Shown here: positions 1 to 10,095 of the stretch, piece by piece
How positions within the stretch are numbered: the stretch's first letter is position 1
Layout: each line of letters opens with the position of its first letter
Assembly: GCA_027356105.1 (NCBI GenBank)
Contig: DAIEGT010000001.1
Coordinates: forward strand, 61,929 to 125,928
Source: Candidatus Saccharimonadota bacterium
Lineage (GTDB): Bacteria > Patescibacteriota > Saccharimonadia > Saccharimonadales > UBA4665
Direction of reading: 5' to 3'
DNA length: 64,000 nt
Position numbers and translations under genes: made by a program
Notes under the pieces: model-generated
Told to the model about the DNA's origin: nothing
Seen by the model: the letters and a program-made list of their open reading frames with translations, nothing else
The model's database searches: none

Positions 1-2
1 CT

Positions 3-239
3 TTAAAATCTGCTTTAAAGGATTTCAAATCAGCTATTAAAAATAATTCAAAAGAAGTAACTAAAAAACAGTCAACACTCCAGAGTAACTTAGACCGAGC
101 GGCTAAAAAGAATGTTATACATAAAAACAAAGCTAATAGATTGAAAAGAAGAATGGCTAAGACGGCTAAATTAAACTCTACTCAAAAACCAGTGGCTAAA
201 ACTACTAAAAAAGTAGTCAAAAAAGTAACTAAAAAATAG
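3..239 (+). CDS. rpsT: 30S ribosomal protein S20, C-terminal part (5' end cut by window edge)
   Basis: Frame 3 is open from the window edge to TAG at 237-239. It translates LKSALKDFKSAIKNN...AAKKNVIHKNKANRLKRRMAKTAK..., a lysine-rich bS20-like KNVIHKNKA.R.K signature. It is absent from the ORF track because no start lies in the window. Confidence 0.7.
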   Translation, partial: LKSALKDFKSAIKNNSKEVTKKQSTLQSNLDRAAKKNVIHKNKANRLKRRMAKTAKLNSTQKPVAKTTKKVVKKVTKK

Positions 240-244
240 TTCGA

Positions 245-1171
245 TTAGACTAATTTTTCAATTTCTAGGAAATATAATTCCATAGCTTGATCTATATCAA
301 AATTGTTTATAGATTTTGAATTTAAATCTATCTGGAGTAAATTGTTTGTAATTTTTTGTAATTGTTTTGCTGATAATTTATTTGCAAAACTTTTAAAGTT
401 ATTCAAACTATTTAAATTAATACCTGTTTCTTTTGCTAATGTGTTTATTGGGTTCTTAGATAATTTTAAAATACTAATATTAAACAGTGCCCAGGTGAAT
501 GTTGATAAAATCTTTGCTGATGGTTCATTTTGAAATCTTAAACTCCTATATATATCAATAGCTTTCTTGGACCTATTATTAAATACATCACTAATTAAAT
601 TAAATATATTACTATCGAGTGACAAATCGCATAATTCTTTTATAGAACTTACGGTAATTGATTTATTAAACAATATTAATTTATCTAATTCATTCGACAA
701 TCTCTGTTTATCTTTAGATACATTTTCAATTAAAAATTTCGTAGTGATAAAATCAATTTTACCATCATGTTTAGATACATAATCTTCTACCCATTTGTTG
801 ATATTGAATTTATTATCTAAATTATAGGTTAGAAAATTTGTTTTAGATTTCAAGGTTTTAGCTACGACTGTCTTATTATCTAATTTGTGTAAAAGAAGTA
901 TTATTTCAATTAGCGGATTATCTCTATCTATAATCATTTCCAAAAATCTAATTATTTCTGCATTTATATCAATAATAGATAATACAAATAAACTTTTTTC
1001 ATTAAATAAACTAGTGCTTATAATTTGATCCATTAAACTAGCTAAATCAAAATCATCTAAATAGAAATTGCTAATCGATAATTGACCGTAGTTATCAATA
1101 AATTTAGATTTAACCAAATTAATCTGACGATCTATCTCAAAACTATCGTTTCCGACTATAGTAGTTATCAT
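245..1171 (-). CDS. holA: DNA polymerase III delta subunit
   Basis: 308 aa. The N-terminal pattern (IVGNDSFEIDRQ...SLFNEKSLFVL) and length fit HolA, and adjacency to rpsT is a common arrangement. Confidence 0.65.
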   Translation of the reverse strand: MITTIVGNDSFEIDRQINLVKSKFIDNYGQLSISNFYLDDFDLASLMDQIISTSLFNEKSLFVLSIIDINAEIIRFLEMIIDRDNPLIEIILLLHKLDNKTVVAKTLKSKTNFLTYNLDNKFNINKWVEDYVSKHDGKIDFITTKFLIENVSKDKQRLSNELDKLILFNKSITVSSIKELCDLSLDSNIFNLISDVFNNRSKKAIDIYRSLRFQNEPSAKILSTFTWALFNISILKLSKNPINTLAKETGINLNSLNNFKSFANKLSAKQLQKITNNLLQIDLNSKSINNFDIDQAMELYFLEIEKLV

Positions 1172-1175
1172 AGTT

Positions 1176-2054
1176 TTATTCTATCAACAATTTCTGACAT
1201 CGTAGGCATAGATGTGTTCCTCTCCCGGCTACTCTAATTTTAACGATCGGTAAGCCACAAATAAAACAAGGCTGATCCTGACGTCTAAAAACCTGAGCAA
1301 ATTGTAGATAACTACCTTTTTTGCCTTCTGCATTAATATAATTTTTAGCGGTTGAACCACCTTTATCTATGCTCAATTTTAGAACACTCCTAATTGAGAC
1401 AAACAAGCTTTCAATGTTTTTATCAGTCAAGGAACTTACTTGACTCTCCGGATGAATTTTTGATAAAAATAAGCTCTCATCTGCGTATATGTTACCAATA
1501 CCGGCAACTACCGTTTGGTTTAATAATACTGCTTTTATTTTTGATTTTGGATGTTTTAAAAGATTTCTTTTGAAATTTGTTTTTGAAAAATTATCCATTA
1601 ATGGTTCAGGCCCATATTTTTTAAAATAATCTTCATCTGTAAGTGTAATAGTTGGCAGAATCTTTACCCAACCAAATTTACGTTGATCATTAAAAAAGAT
1701 CATCCCATTATTATTAAGCATTATTTCTATCCTAGTAGATCTATCTGGAAGATCATTTATAAAAGAATCATTTGGATGTCCAGCGGCAAACCGATTATTT
1801 AAATCAACAAACACTATTTGACCAGTCATTTTTAAATGAATCAGTAAGCTGTAATGACTAGATAAATCAACCATTAATAATTTTGCTCTTCTTCTAATAT
1901 TAATTATCTTTGAGCCAAATACGAAAGTTTTAAGAATATTTTTATCACTTTGAAGACTATTTGCGTTTAATAAATTAATACCGGTAATTTCATAACCAAG
2001 CGCAAGATTTAGTAATCCGTTTTTAACTGTTTCCACTTCGGGTAATTCAGGCAT
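1176..2054 (-). CDS. mutM: formamidopyrimidine-DNA glycosylase
   Basis: It starts MPELPEVETV (Fpg/Nei catalytic N-terminus). The C-terminal zinc finger CFICG...(16)...CLRCQ is intact. Confidence 0.9.
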   Translation of the reverse strand: MPELPEVETVKNGLLNLALGYEITGINLLNANSLQSDKNILKTFVFGSKIINIRRRAKLLMVDLSSHYSLLIHLKMTGQIVFVDLNNRFAAGHPNDSFINDLPDRSTRIEIMLNNNGMIFFNDQRKFGWVKILPTITLTDEDYFKKYGPEPLMDNFSKTNFKRNLLKHPKSKIKAVLLNQTVVAGIGNIYADESLFLSKIHPESQVSSLTDKNIESLFVSIRSVLKLSIDKGGSTAKNYINAEGKKGSYLQFAQVFRRQDQPCFICGLPIVKIRVAGRGTHLCLRCQKLLIE

Positions 2055-2090
2055 GTTATGATTATATCAATATCTCATTAGAAAAATATT

Positions 2091-2330
2091 ATGGAACCAA
2101 TTAAAAAAGTATTGAGCAAAAAGAATTTTGAAAAACCTATCAGTATTGAGGCAGTACAAAAGTATATTTTAGAAAACTTTAATTCAAGTGTTCAAATTCA
2201 GATAACAAAAAATAACTTAATCATAATAGTTCAAAATTCAGCACTTGCAAGTTCTATCAGACTTCGACAATTAGAAATAATTAAAACCTGTTCGATTAAA
2301 AATTTAAAGTTAATAATTAGAACTATTTAA
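2091..2330 (+). CDS. small DUF721/DciA-like protein (tentative)
   Basis: 79 aa. The pattern LIIIVQNSALASSIRLRQLEIIKTC resembles the DUF721 core (L.v.v.ssawa.eLr.....il). This is weak, pattern-level evidence only. Confidence 0.3.
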   Translation: MEPIKKVLSKKNFEKPISIEAVQKYILENFNSSVQIQITKNNLIIIVQNSALASSIRLRQLEIIKTCSIKNLKLIIRTI

Positions 2331-2902
2331 AGATTCAAATTATTCGTATAATTGTTATAGCTTGGAACCTGTGATTGAAATAAGCTCAATATTACACTTA
2401 AATTTCCGCCGAAATTACTGTTTGAACCATTACAACTAGATTGCCATGTATTAACTATGTTGTTTGAGTTAAATATAAAATAAAAGTTATATAAATCACC
2501 TGTTGCACATAAACCCACAGGGTTGTTTACAGTATTTTTATTAGTTTTAAGCGTAAAACCATTTAAATATATTGATCTCAAAAAAGCATCGTAACTTCTT
2601 TGAGAATTAGGAAAGACTTGGTTTATAACTATATCATTATCATAGCCCTTAATAATCTGAAGATTAACATCTAAATTTGAAACGATTATCTTAACCTCAT
2701 TATGAGTAGATTGAGAAGTTATAGGACCATTTATATCTAATGTTGCTAACGCTGAAGTATTGGAATAATTAGCAAAATTATTTAATTTTGTATTATATTG
2801 GCTTTTATTTGTTGAGTTATTAGAAAAAAATAATACTATAGTCACAATAACTAAAGCAAGTGTGAATAGAAGCACTAATAGACTCCGTGTATAGCTCATC
2901 AT
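2327..2902 (-). CDS. hypothetical membrane-anchored secreted protein
   Basis: 191 aa with an N-terminal TM helix (LLVLLFTLALVIVTIVLFF) and then an Asn/Ser/Thr-rich domain. No recognisable family. Confidence 0.45.
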   Translation of the reverse strand: MMSYTRSLLVLLFTLALVIVTIVLFFSNNSTNKSQYNTKLNNFANYSNTSALATLDINGPITSQSTHNEVKIIVSNLDVNLQIIKGYDNDIVINQVFPNSQRSYDAFLRSIYLNGFTLKTNKNTVNNPVGLCATGDLYNFYFIFNSNNIVNTWQSSCNGSNSNFGGNLSVILSLFQSQVPSYNNYTNNLNL

Positions 2903-2957
2903 ATCAATTTAGATTTTATCATTTTTTCGTATTTTATGCAAACAAATATAATAATAT

Positions 2958-5612
2958 CTAAAGTTCGCCCCAATTTAACCCCACAACAACATCAACGTCT
3001 AATTTTACAGATAACTTAGTTATATTCTCCATAGTATCTCGAACTAGTTCAGTTACCTTTTCAACTTGATCTTCCCTGCATTTAATCAAAACTGAATCGT
3101 GTATTTGTAAAACTAATTTTGCATCAAAACCAGATATAATTAACTTCTTATCTAGCTCAATTAAAGCTAGTTTCATTAAATCTGCTTCTGTGCCTTGAAT
3201 CGGCATATTTATTGCTGCCCTTTTAGCAGACTCTCTTAACATAAAGTTAGTTGAATTAATATCTTTAAATGGTCTTCTTCGACCAAATTTTGTTTGAGCA
3301 TAACCATATTTTTTCGTAAATTCTATAATGCTATCCATATAATCAAACAATGCTTTATGGATTAATTTATACCTATCAATAAAATTATTTGCATCATTAT
3401 AATTCATACTTGTTGCTTCAACTAACCCATGGGCACTCATACCATATAAAATACCGAAATTGATAGTCTTAGCAGCCCTTCTCATATCCTTTGTAACAAG
3501 TTCCGGCTCACAATCATAAACTTGAGCAGCTGTTAAGGTATGAATATCATACGAACCTTCAGAAAAAAGCTTAATTAACTCCTGGTCGTCTGCTAAATCT
3601 GCGGCGATACGTAGTTCAAACTGTGAATAATCGGCTGATATTAACCTATAACCATCTTCACAGACGAAAGCCGTTCTAATTTTTTTACCTAGTTCAGTCC
3701 GAATTGGAATATTTTGCAAATTTGGATCTGTACTAGAAAGTCTTCCCGTTTGAGCAATAGTCTGGTTATAAGTCGTATGGATTAAGCTATTCTCATCAAC
3801 CAATTTTGGTAAAGTATCAAGATAAGTGTTTTTTATTTTTACTACCTCTCTATACTGGACTATAAAAATCACTATAGGGTGTAAATTAATTATTTTTTCT
3901 AATTGATTAAAATCGGTTGAATAATGATTTTTATTCTTCTTAAGACCGGCAGTCGGTATATTAAGCTGATTATATAACACATCAGCCAACTGATTTGGAC
4001 TAGATATATTAAACTCACGGCCTGATTGATGAAATATTTCGACTTTTAAATCTTCAATCATCTGATTTATTTGAATATTAAAATTATTCAGATAATTAAC
4101 ATCGAGTTTAATTCCAGTTAATTCCATTTTTGATAAAACAGGTATAACGGGAAAATCCATAGATGATAAAATTTCAATCATCTTTTTGTCGGCTTGTAGC
4201 TCCAATGTTAACGATTCATAAACTTTATCGATAACAGCTGTGATTATATCTCCAGCAGAAATCAATAATTCATCATCCATTTCATCGAACTTATTTGTTT
4301 CAAAATCAAGATAACTTTGCGCTAAGCCATTTAAAGTCTGATCTTTAATTAACGGGTTTAATAAAAATGAGCTAATGAGAATATCGTGAAATTCTGTAGG
4401 AAGTTTTAACGCATATTGAAGACAAAATTTAAATATTTTTTTTAAATCGTAGCCTATTATCTTTTTTTCAAAAATTTTATACTTATTCAACCACCCTATA
4501 AAATGATCCAGACCTATAGAATTTATATCAAAAACATAAGTTATTTTATTAGACTTAACCATGAAGACACTTAGATTTTTTGATTGCCTATCTGAAAATC
4601 TCCAATAGATTGAAAGATACTCAGAATTAAACTTAAAATCTATATTCAAATCAGACTTTGATAATATGTACTGTTTTTTAGGTAACTCTACTTGATTAGA
4701 TATTTTATTCACCATCGAAGATTGTTCGATATTAAATAAATCTGAGACCGGTTTAATTAAACTTTTAAAATCAAATTCGTTCAATAAATCAGTTAATTTT
4801 TCTTTATCAACCAAACTATCTCTATCTTTAGAAAAATCAATTTCTAAAGGTGCATCAAGCCAAATTTCAGCTAATTCTTTACTTAAATAAGCCATCTTTT
4901 TACCTTCAGCTAATTTAGTCGCTATCTTTGAATTAATCAACGCTAAATTATCATATATATTATCCAATGTTTTAAACTGGCTAAGTAAAGCTACGGCACC
5001 TTTATCGCCAATACCACTAACACCTGGGATATTATCTGAACTGTCACCTTTTAATGCTTTATAATCAAGAAATTGTGAAACATTTATGCCGTATTTTGTT
5101 ACAAATGACTCAGGTGAAAATAATTCAATATTACTAAGACCTGTCTTTAGCACATATACATGCACTAATGGACCAATTAGCTGAAGCATATCTAAATCAG
5201 AAGTTACTAAATAAGTATTTATCCCAGCATTTGAAGCTTTATAAGCTAAGGTGCCCATGATATCATCAGCTTCATAATCGTCAAATTCATATAAATTCCA
5301 GCCAAAAGCTTTAATTAAATCCATTAAATATGGTATTTGTTTATAAAAATCTTCTGGGGCTGGTTTTCTATTTGCTTTATAGTTAGGATAAATCGACTGT
5401 CTTTTTCTAATATTAGTCTTGGGTTTATCCCAAGCAACAGCTACATGATCTGGTTTCAGTCTTTTCAAAAGTTCTATTGCCATCGAAGTAAAACCATATA
5501 TACCACCTGTTGGTAAACCTTTTTTATTTGAAAGATTGGGCATCGCATAATAACCACGATAGAATACGCTCTTACCATCAATCACAACTAATGACTTTTT
5601 ACTTTCATCCAT
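2958..5612 (-). CDS. polA: DNA polymerase I
   Basis: 884 aa. It has a 5'-nuclease N-terminus, pol motif A (DYSQFELRIAA), motif B (RRAAKTINFGILYGMS) and motif C (LQIHDSVL). Confidence 0.95.
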   Translation of the reverse strand: MDESKKSLVVIDGKSVFYRGYYAMPNLSNKKGLPTGGIYGFTSMAIELLKRLKPDHVAVAWDKPKTNIRKRQSIYPNYKANRKPAPEDFYKQIPYLMDLIKAFGWNLYEFDDYEADDIMGTLAYKASNAGINTYLVTSDLDMLQLIGPLVHVYVLKTGLSNIELFSPESFVTKYGINVSQFLDYKALKGDSSDNIPGVSGIGDKGAVALLSQFKTLDNIYDNLALINSKIATKLAEGKKMAYLSKELAEIWLDAPLEIDFSKDRDSLVDKEKLTDLLNEFDFKSLIKPVSDLFNIEQSSMVNKISNQVELPKKQYILSKSDLNIDFKFNSEYLSIYWRFSDRQSKNLSVFMVKSNKITYVFDINSIGLDHFIGWLNKYKIFEKKIIGYDLKKIFKFCLQYALKLPTEFHDILISSFLLNPLIKDQTLNGLAQSYLDFETNKFDEMDDELLISAGDIITAVIDKVYESLTLELQADKKMIEILSSMDFPVIPVLSKMELTGIKLDVNYLNNFNIQINQMIEDLKVEIFHQSGREFNISSPNQLADVLYNQLNIPTAGLKKNKNHYSTDFNQLEKIINLHPIVIFIVQYREVVKIKNTYLDTLPKLVDENSLIHTTYNQTIAQTGRLSSTDPNLQNIPIRTELGKKIRTAFVCEDGYRLISADYSQFELRIAADLADDQELIKLFSEGSYDIHTLTAAQVYDCEPELVTKDMRRAAKTINFGILYGMSAHGLVEATSMNYNDANNFIDRYKLIHKALFDYMDSIIEFTKKYGYAQTKFGRRRPFKDINSTNFMLRESAKRAAINMPIQGTEADLMKLALIELDKKLIISGFDAKLVLQIHDSVLIKCREDQVEKVTELVRDTMENITKLSVKLDVDVVVGLNWGEL

Positions 5613-5698
5613 CTTATATAGTATAAACCCATCCGATCAGTTATTATTAATTAAAAAATAAACATAAGAATTTAAACTCTAGTTTATAATTAGATTAA

Positions 5699-8383
5699 AT
5701 GTCATTTGTTATTAATAAAAATTTCCTAAATATGTCTGACAAAGAACTCCTTGACTCTCTAAAGGTTGATATGGGTGGTCTATCGGATAAAAGAGTGCTC
5801 AAAAACATCTTAAAATATGGCGATAATAGTTTTAAGAATTATAAACCCAAATTATATTTCAGTACCGCTAAACCAAAATATTATAAAGCAAAGTTTTTAT
5901 ACTATTTTATAGTTATAATTTTTGCGATTTTAGATGATAATCTATTTGTACTAAGTATCATTCTTGCAATCATAATTATTGAAGTAGTAAATCTTTTTAG
6001 TGTAAATAACAAAATTGAAGAAAATATCAGTAAATCACTAAAAATAAACAAAATAAAGGTTAAAAGAAACGGAAAATTAAAATATGTAAATACTGAAGAT
6101 CTAACTGTAGGTGACATCGTTTATTATGAAAAAAATATTATAATCCCAGCCGACATACGTTTATTAAAAATCGAAAGTATGACCGTTATTAAGAGCCACT
6201 ATACTTCAAACCAAAGTTATCAGATAAAAAATTTAGAGAATCCGCACAATAAACTTAGTTTAGAAAATTATGTATTTACTGGAGATGAGATAATAGAAGG
6301 CTCTGGATATGGTGTAATTTTTCAAGTAGGTATGTTAACAAGACTTGGCAAAATTCTTTCACTGAAGCAAATAATCCAAAAACACGTATCTAATTTTTCA
6401 GACATCAGGGCGAAAACTTCGCAACTAATAATGGCATCGGCTATTATATTATGTTTCGGTTTCTATTTTTTAAATCTAAATTTTTTAAAATTTGATAATT
6501 ATATCCTAGGTAACATCATTTTATCTATTTTAATAATAGCTATGCCATTTAGTTTTTTAATAAATTTTAAAAATCTATTTAAAAATGGTAGCAAAACAAT
6601 GTCTAGCGAAACTGATCAATCTTTGTCTGAAACAGACCTATTAATCTCAAGTTACGATAATTTATTTCTTTCAAATGAAAAAGAATATATATCAAAACTA
6701 TACACTGGTTATACAGAGTATAACCCAAGTGATTTTAAATTATTGAATTCAAAAAAAACACAACTAAGAATGTTCTATAACTCACTCTACTACTCCAGCC
6801 AGCCAAAGATTTTATCCGAATATTATAACGATAACTCAAACTTAAGATTCAACGAGTCGTATTATTCAAATACGGTCCATAGATTTATAAATTCCTTGGA
6901 GTTAGATTCTGAACAAACTTTTTTTAACTCAGATGAAATTGATTTCATAACTTTGGAACATAATATAAATATATCGATTGTTAGAGACAATAAAAAAATT
7001 ATCTGCTATATTCAAGCGCCAGCAGATTTATTGATTAATAAAATTAAAGATATCCAAGATAATGAAACGATTAGACCTTTTAATAAATTAGATTTTAAAT
7101 ATTTTGATAGCATAATCCAAAACTCGGAATCAATTGTTTTGGGATATGCGTATAAAGAATTTAACCTACAAAAGAAAAAATTTAAAACATCAGAAATTTT
7201 GAGCGAACTGACGTATCTTGGCCAAATAGAAATAAATGACATGATTGAAAGTAAAAATATAGAATCCTTATATAGAGCCAGGAATCATAACATTAAACTT
7301 ATTACTTTTTGCCGAAATATCTATCAAAGTCAAAATTTAAAAAATATGATACTTGGGTTAAAGAAAAATAATCCTATTAAAACTAAAACCATAGTTGGGA
7401 ATAATTTATCTTATATAGACCAATATTTAAACGATGACGTCAATCATCTAATTATTATAGAAAATAATAGCGAGATAAAATTTGAAATTATTAGACGACT
7501 AAATGAAATGGGAACAACCATAAGCTATGTCGGAGAAAGTATTGAAGACTTACCCGCCCTCAAGCTAGTGTCAAACGGAATAGTTTCTAACGATAACTCG
7601 CTTAAAGAATTATCCATAAAGTATTTAATAAATATCGAACAAACAAACCTGTACCAATTAATAAATTTAATTATTGAATCTAAGAAAAAAGTTCTAAATA
7701 TAGTGAAAATTTATTATTCATTATTTACTAATAGTATTGCTGCACTAATATTGATAATTGTCGGAATTTTAACTATTAAATTTTTTAACCTACCTACAGC
7801 TATTACGCCAAGTTTAATTATTATTTATATATTAATAGGTCAAGTTATACCAAATAGGTCTTTACTTAAAGACAAACACTATAACCAAGAATTAAAATCA
7901 ATAAAAGCAAACCTAATAGATAAAGAAGCACTAACAAGAATAATTTTTTGGTCAATAACTATGGCAATTTTAGCCTATTCAAACTTCATTTTATATTTTG
8001 TTAGATTTGGCTTAACTCCATACTATATTTCAACATCAAACCCAATTTATTTAAGTGCAATAACGATGACTTTAGTTACCCTAATATTTTTAAATTATAT
8101 AAACGTTATTTTCGAAAAAACTAATTTTTATCATAAAGACTTAATTAATAGATTAACTTCAAATAAGTCAACGTTTGGTTTAATTTTGATTTCTGTTATA
8201 AGTCTTGCATTTATTATATATGGTAATTATTTCAATCGATATCTAAACAAACTAAATTTCAATGATATAGTTTTTGTAATATTTTCTGCTATGATATTTA
8301 TAATCATAAAGATCATCTTTTTATATGGTAGAAACCATACAAAAAAAGAGCTAATTAGACTTTATCAAGAACTTTTCAGTTAG
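5699..8383 (+). CDS. P-type ATPase-like membrane protein with degenerate catalytic motifs
   Basis: 894 aa. It has a cation-ATPase N-terminus (GGLSDKRVLKNILKYGDNSF), an A-domain pattern (VKRNGKLKYVNTEDLTVGDIVYY...IPADIRLL; FTGDEIIEGSGYGVIFQVGMLTRLGKI) and C-terminal TM helices. No DKTGT occurs anywhere, TGES is replaced (HYTSNQS) and GDGVND is replaced (GESIEDLPALK). Confidence 0.7.
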   Translation: MSFVINKNFLNMSDKELLDSLKVDMGGLSDKRVLKNILKYGDNSFKNYKPKLYFSTAKPKYYKAKFLYYFIVIIFAILDDNLFVLSIILAIIIIEVVNLFSVNNKIEENISKSLKINKIKVKRNGKLKYVNTEDLTVGDIVYYEKNIIIPADIRLLKIESMTVIKSHYTSNQSYQIKNLENPHNKLSLENYVFTGDEIIEGSGYGVIFQVGMLTRLGKILSLKQIIQKHVSNFSDIRAKTSQLIMASAIILCFGFYFLNLNFLKFDNYILGNIILSILIIAMPFSFLINFKNLFKNGSKTMSSETDQSLSETDLLISSYDNLFLSNEKEYISKLYTGYTEYNPSDFKLLNSKKTQLRMFYNSLYYSSQPKILSEYYNDNSNLRFNESYYSNTVHRFINSLELDSEQTFFNSDEIDFITLEHNINISIVRDNKKIICYIQAPADLLINKIKDIQDNETIRPFNKLDFKYFDSIIQNSESIVLGYAYKEFNLQKKKFKTSEILSELTYLGQIEINDMIESKNIESLYRARNHNIKLITFCRNIYQSQNLKNMILGLKKNNPIKTKTIVGNNLSYIDQYLNDDVNHLIIIENNSEIKFEIIRRLNEMGTTISYVGESIEDLPALKLVSNGIVSNDNSLKELSIKYLINIEQTNLYQLINLIIESKKKVLNIVKIYYSLFTNSIAALILIIVGILTIKFFNLPTAITPSLIIIYILIGQVIPNRSLLKDKHYNQELKSIKANLIDKEALTRIIFWSITMAILAYSNFILYFVRFGLTPYYISTSNPIYLSAITMTLVTLIFLNYINVIFEKTNFYHKDLINRLTSNKSTFGLILISVISLAFIIYGNYFNRYLNKLNFNDIVFVIFSAMIFIIIKIIFLYGRNHTKKELIRLYQELFS

Positions 8384-8944
8384 TATTTTTTTTAGGCTAC
8401 CTAGATTATTATTATTTAAAATCGTAATGTCGCACATTATTTTAATTTCCGCCGTATTTAAATTCTGATTATTTTTATTGTATGCCATTTCTTCGTTTTC
8501 TTGTTTCAAAAAATCACTAAATGATACATCGTCATCGGCTGGTCTATCTCGATTTAGATTATCCTTTATTCTCTGATATCTAATTTCCGGGTCAGCATCA
8601 ACCCAAACCATAATCCCATTTAAAGATTTCACCTTGCTAGCTTCATTGGTATTCCTAATAGACGAAACCACTAAACCACCAAATTCATCTTTGAATTTTT
8701 TATACTGATTAATCGCTTCTTCTACTAAGTACGATTTACCATATTTAATTTCTAGGTGATTGCTTAATTCTCTAGTATTTTCTCGGTTAATTTCTTTGGC
8801 TTGTTTTAATAACTCTTGACGCAAAAACTGACTAACAGAAATAAATTTATAGTTAAGCAGGTCTGCCAATATATTTGATACGGTATCTTTGCCGGATCCA
8901 TTCGTTCCGCTTATACCGATAATTCTAAGGCCTAAATCAGTCAT
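8351..8944 (-). CDS. P-loop nucleotide kinase-like protein (adenylate/dephospho-CoA kinase superfamily)
   Basis: 197 aa with Walker A GISGTNGSGKDT at the N-terminus. Size fits small nucleotide kinases; specificity is unknown. Its 3' end overlaps the convergent ATPase-like gene by 33 nt. Confidence 0.5.
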   Translation of the reverse strand: MTDLGLRIIGISGTNGSGKDTVSNILADLLNYKFISVSQFLRQELLKQAKEINRENTRELSNHLEIKYGKSYLVEEAINQYKKFKDEFGGLVVSSIRNTNEASKVKSLNGIMVWVDADPEIRYQRIKDNLNRDRPADDDVSFSDFLKQENEEMAYNKNNQNLNTAEIKIMCDITILNNNNLGSLKKILTEKFLIKSN

Positions 8945-10089
8945 TATCCAATATAATCATGTAGTTTTTTTGCATCACGGTGTTTTCTGAGTTTAGCTAA
9001 TGCTTTAGCTTCAATCTGCCTAATTCTTTCTCGAGTAACAGAAAATTCTTGTCCGACTTCTTCTAGAGTATGACTTTTACCATCATCAAGGCCAAACCGT
9101 AGTTTAATGATTTTTTGCTCTCGATCAGTTAAGGCTGCTAGCATATCTTTAACTTGCTCTTTTAATAGTTGGCCAGTAGCAGATTCTTCTGGTGTTATTG
9201 TATCTTCATCTTCAATAAAATCAGATAAGACTGAGTCTTCTTCATCATCTCGTATTGAAGCATCCAAAGATGTAATATCTTGCTTTATTTTCATTATGTG
9301 TTCTACTTTATCGACTTCAAGTTCCATGGCTACAGCAATTTCTTCATTTGTTGGCTCTCTATTTAACTCTTGAGTTAATCTTCTTTGGGTTCGTAAAAGT
9401 TTATTAATTGTTTCAAACATATGAACTGGTATACGAATTGTACGAGCTTGATCGGCAATTGCTCTAGTGATAGCCTGCCTAATCCACCAAGTGGCATAAG
9501 TCGAAAACTTAAAACCTTTATCAGGATCAAACTTTTCAACAGCTCTAAGTAGTCCTGTATTGCCTTCCTGAATCAAATCAAGTAGGTCTAAACCTCTACC
9601 GACATATCTTTTGGCTATTGATACTACTAATCTCATATTAGCTTCAGCCATCTGGTCTTTTGCGGCTTGCTCGCCTTTAATTACTCTGTGCGCTAAGGCT
9701 AATTCATCTTCAGATGAAAGAAGGGGTATTTTTCCGATTTCTCTTAGATATAATCTAACAGAATCATCAGCTATGTCATCATCTAAATAAACTCCAGTAG
9801 TAACCTCTTCAGTTGGTTCTTCCTCTTCGTCAATAATCCATTCGTCGCTAAAATGACTATTTTCTGGTGGCTCTGAAGTAGTGATCTCAATGTTTGCTTC
9901 AGCCAACTCTGTAAATAAATTATCCAATGCTTCTGCATTTTCAGATACATCCGGGTATAGATCATTAATAATTTTTTGAGAGATATGACCATCTTTTTTA
10001 GCCTTAGTGACTAATTCATCACGAGTTAATGGAACTGCTTGTTTTTTTTGAGTTTTATCAGATTTAATTGATTTAGGTTTTCTTCCCAT
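8944..10089 (-). CDS. rpoD: RNA polymerase sigma-70 factor
   Basis: 381 aa with region 2 ([27 protein letters not shown]) and region 4.2 ([23 protein letters not shown]). It lies in the classic dnaG-rpoD operon. Confidence 0.95.
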   Translation of the reverse strand: MGRKPKSIKSDKTQKKQAVPLTRDELVTKAKKDGHISQKIINDLYPDVSENAEALDNLFTELAEANIEITTSEPPENSHFSDEWIIDEEEEPTEEVTTGVYLDDDIADDSVRLYLREIGKIPLLSSEDELALAHRVIKGEQAAKDQMAEANMRLVVSIAKRYVGRGLDLLDLIQEGNTGLLRAVEKFDPDKGFKFSTYATWWIRQAITRAIADQARTIRIPVHMFETINKLLRTQRRLTQELNREPTNEEIAVAMELEVDKVEHIMKIKQDITSLDASIRDDEEDSVLSDFIEDEDTITPEESATGQLLKEQVKDMLAALTDREQKIIKLRFGLDDGKSHTLEEVGQEFSVTRERIRQIEAKALAKLRKHRDAKKLHDYIG

Positions 10090-10095
10090 GTTAAT

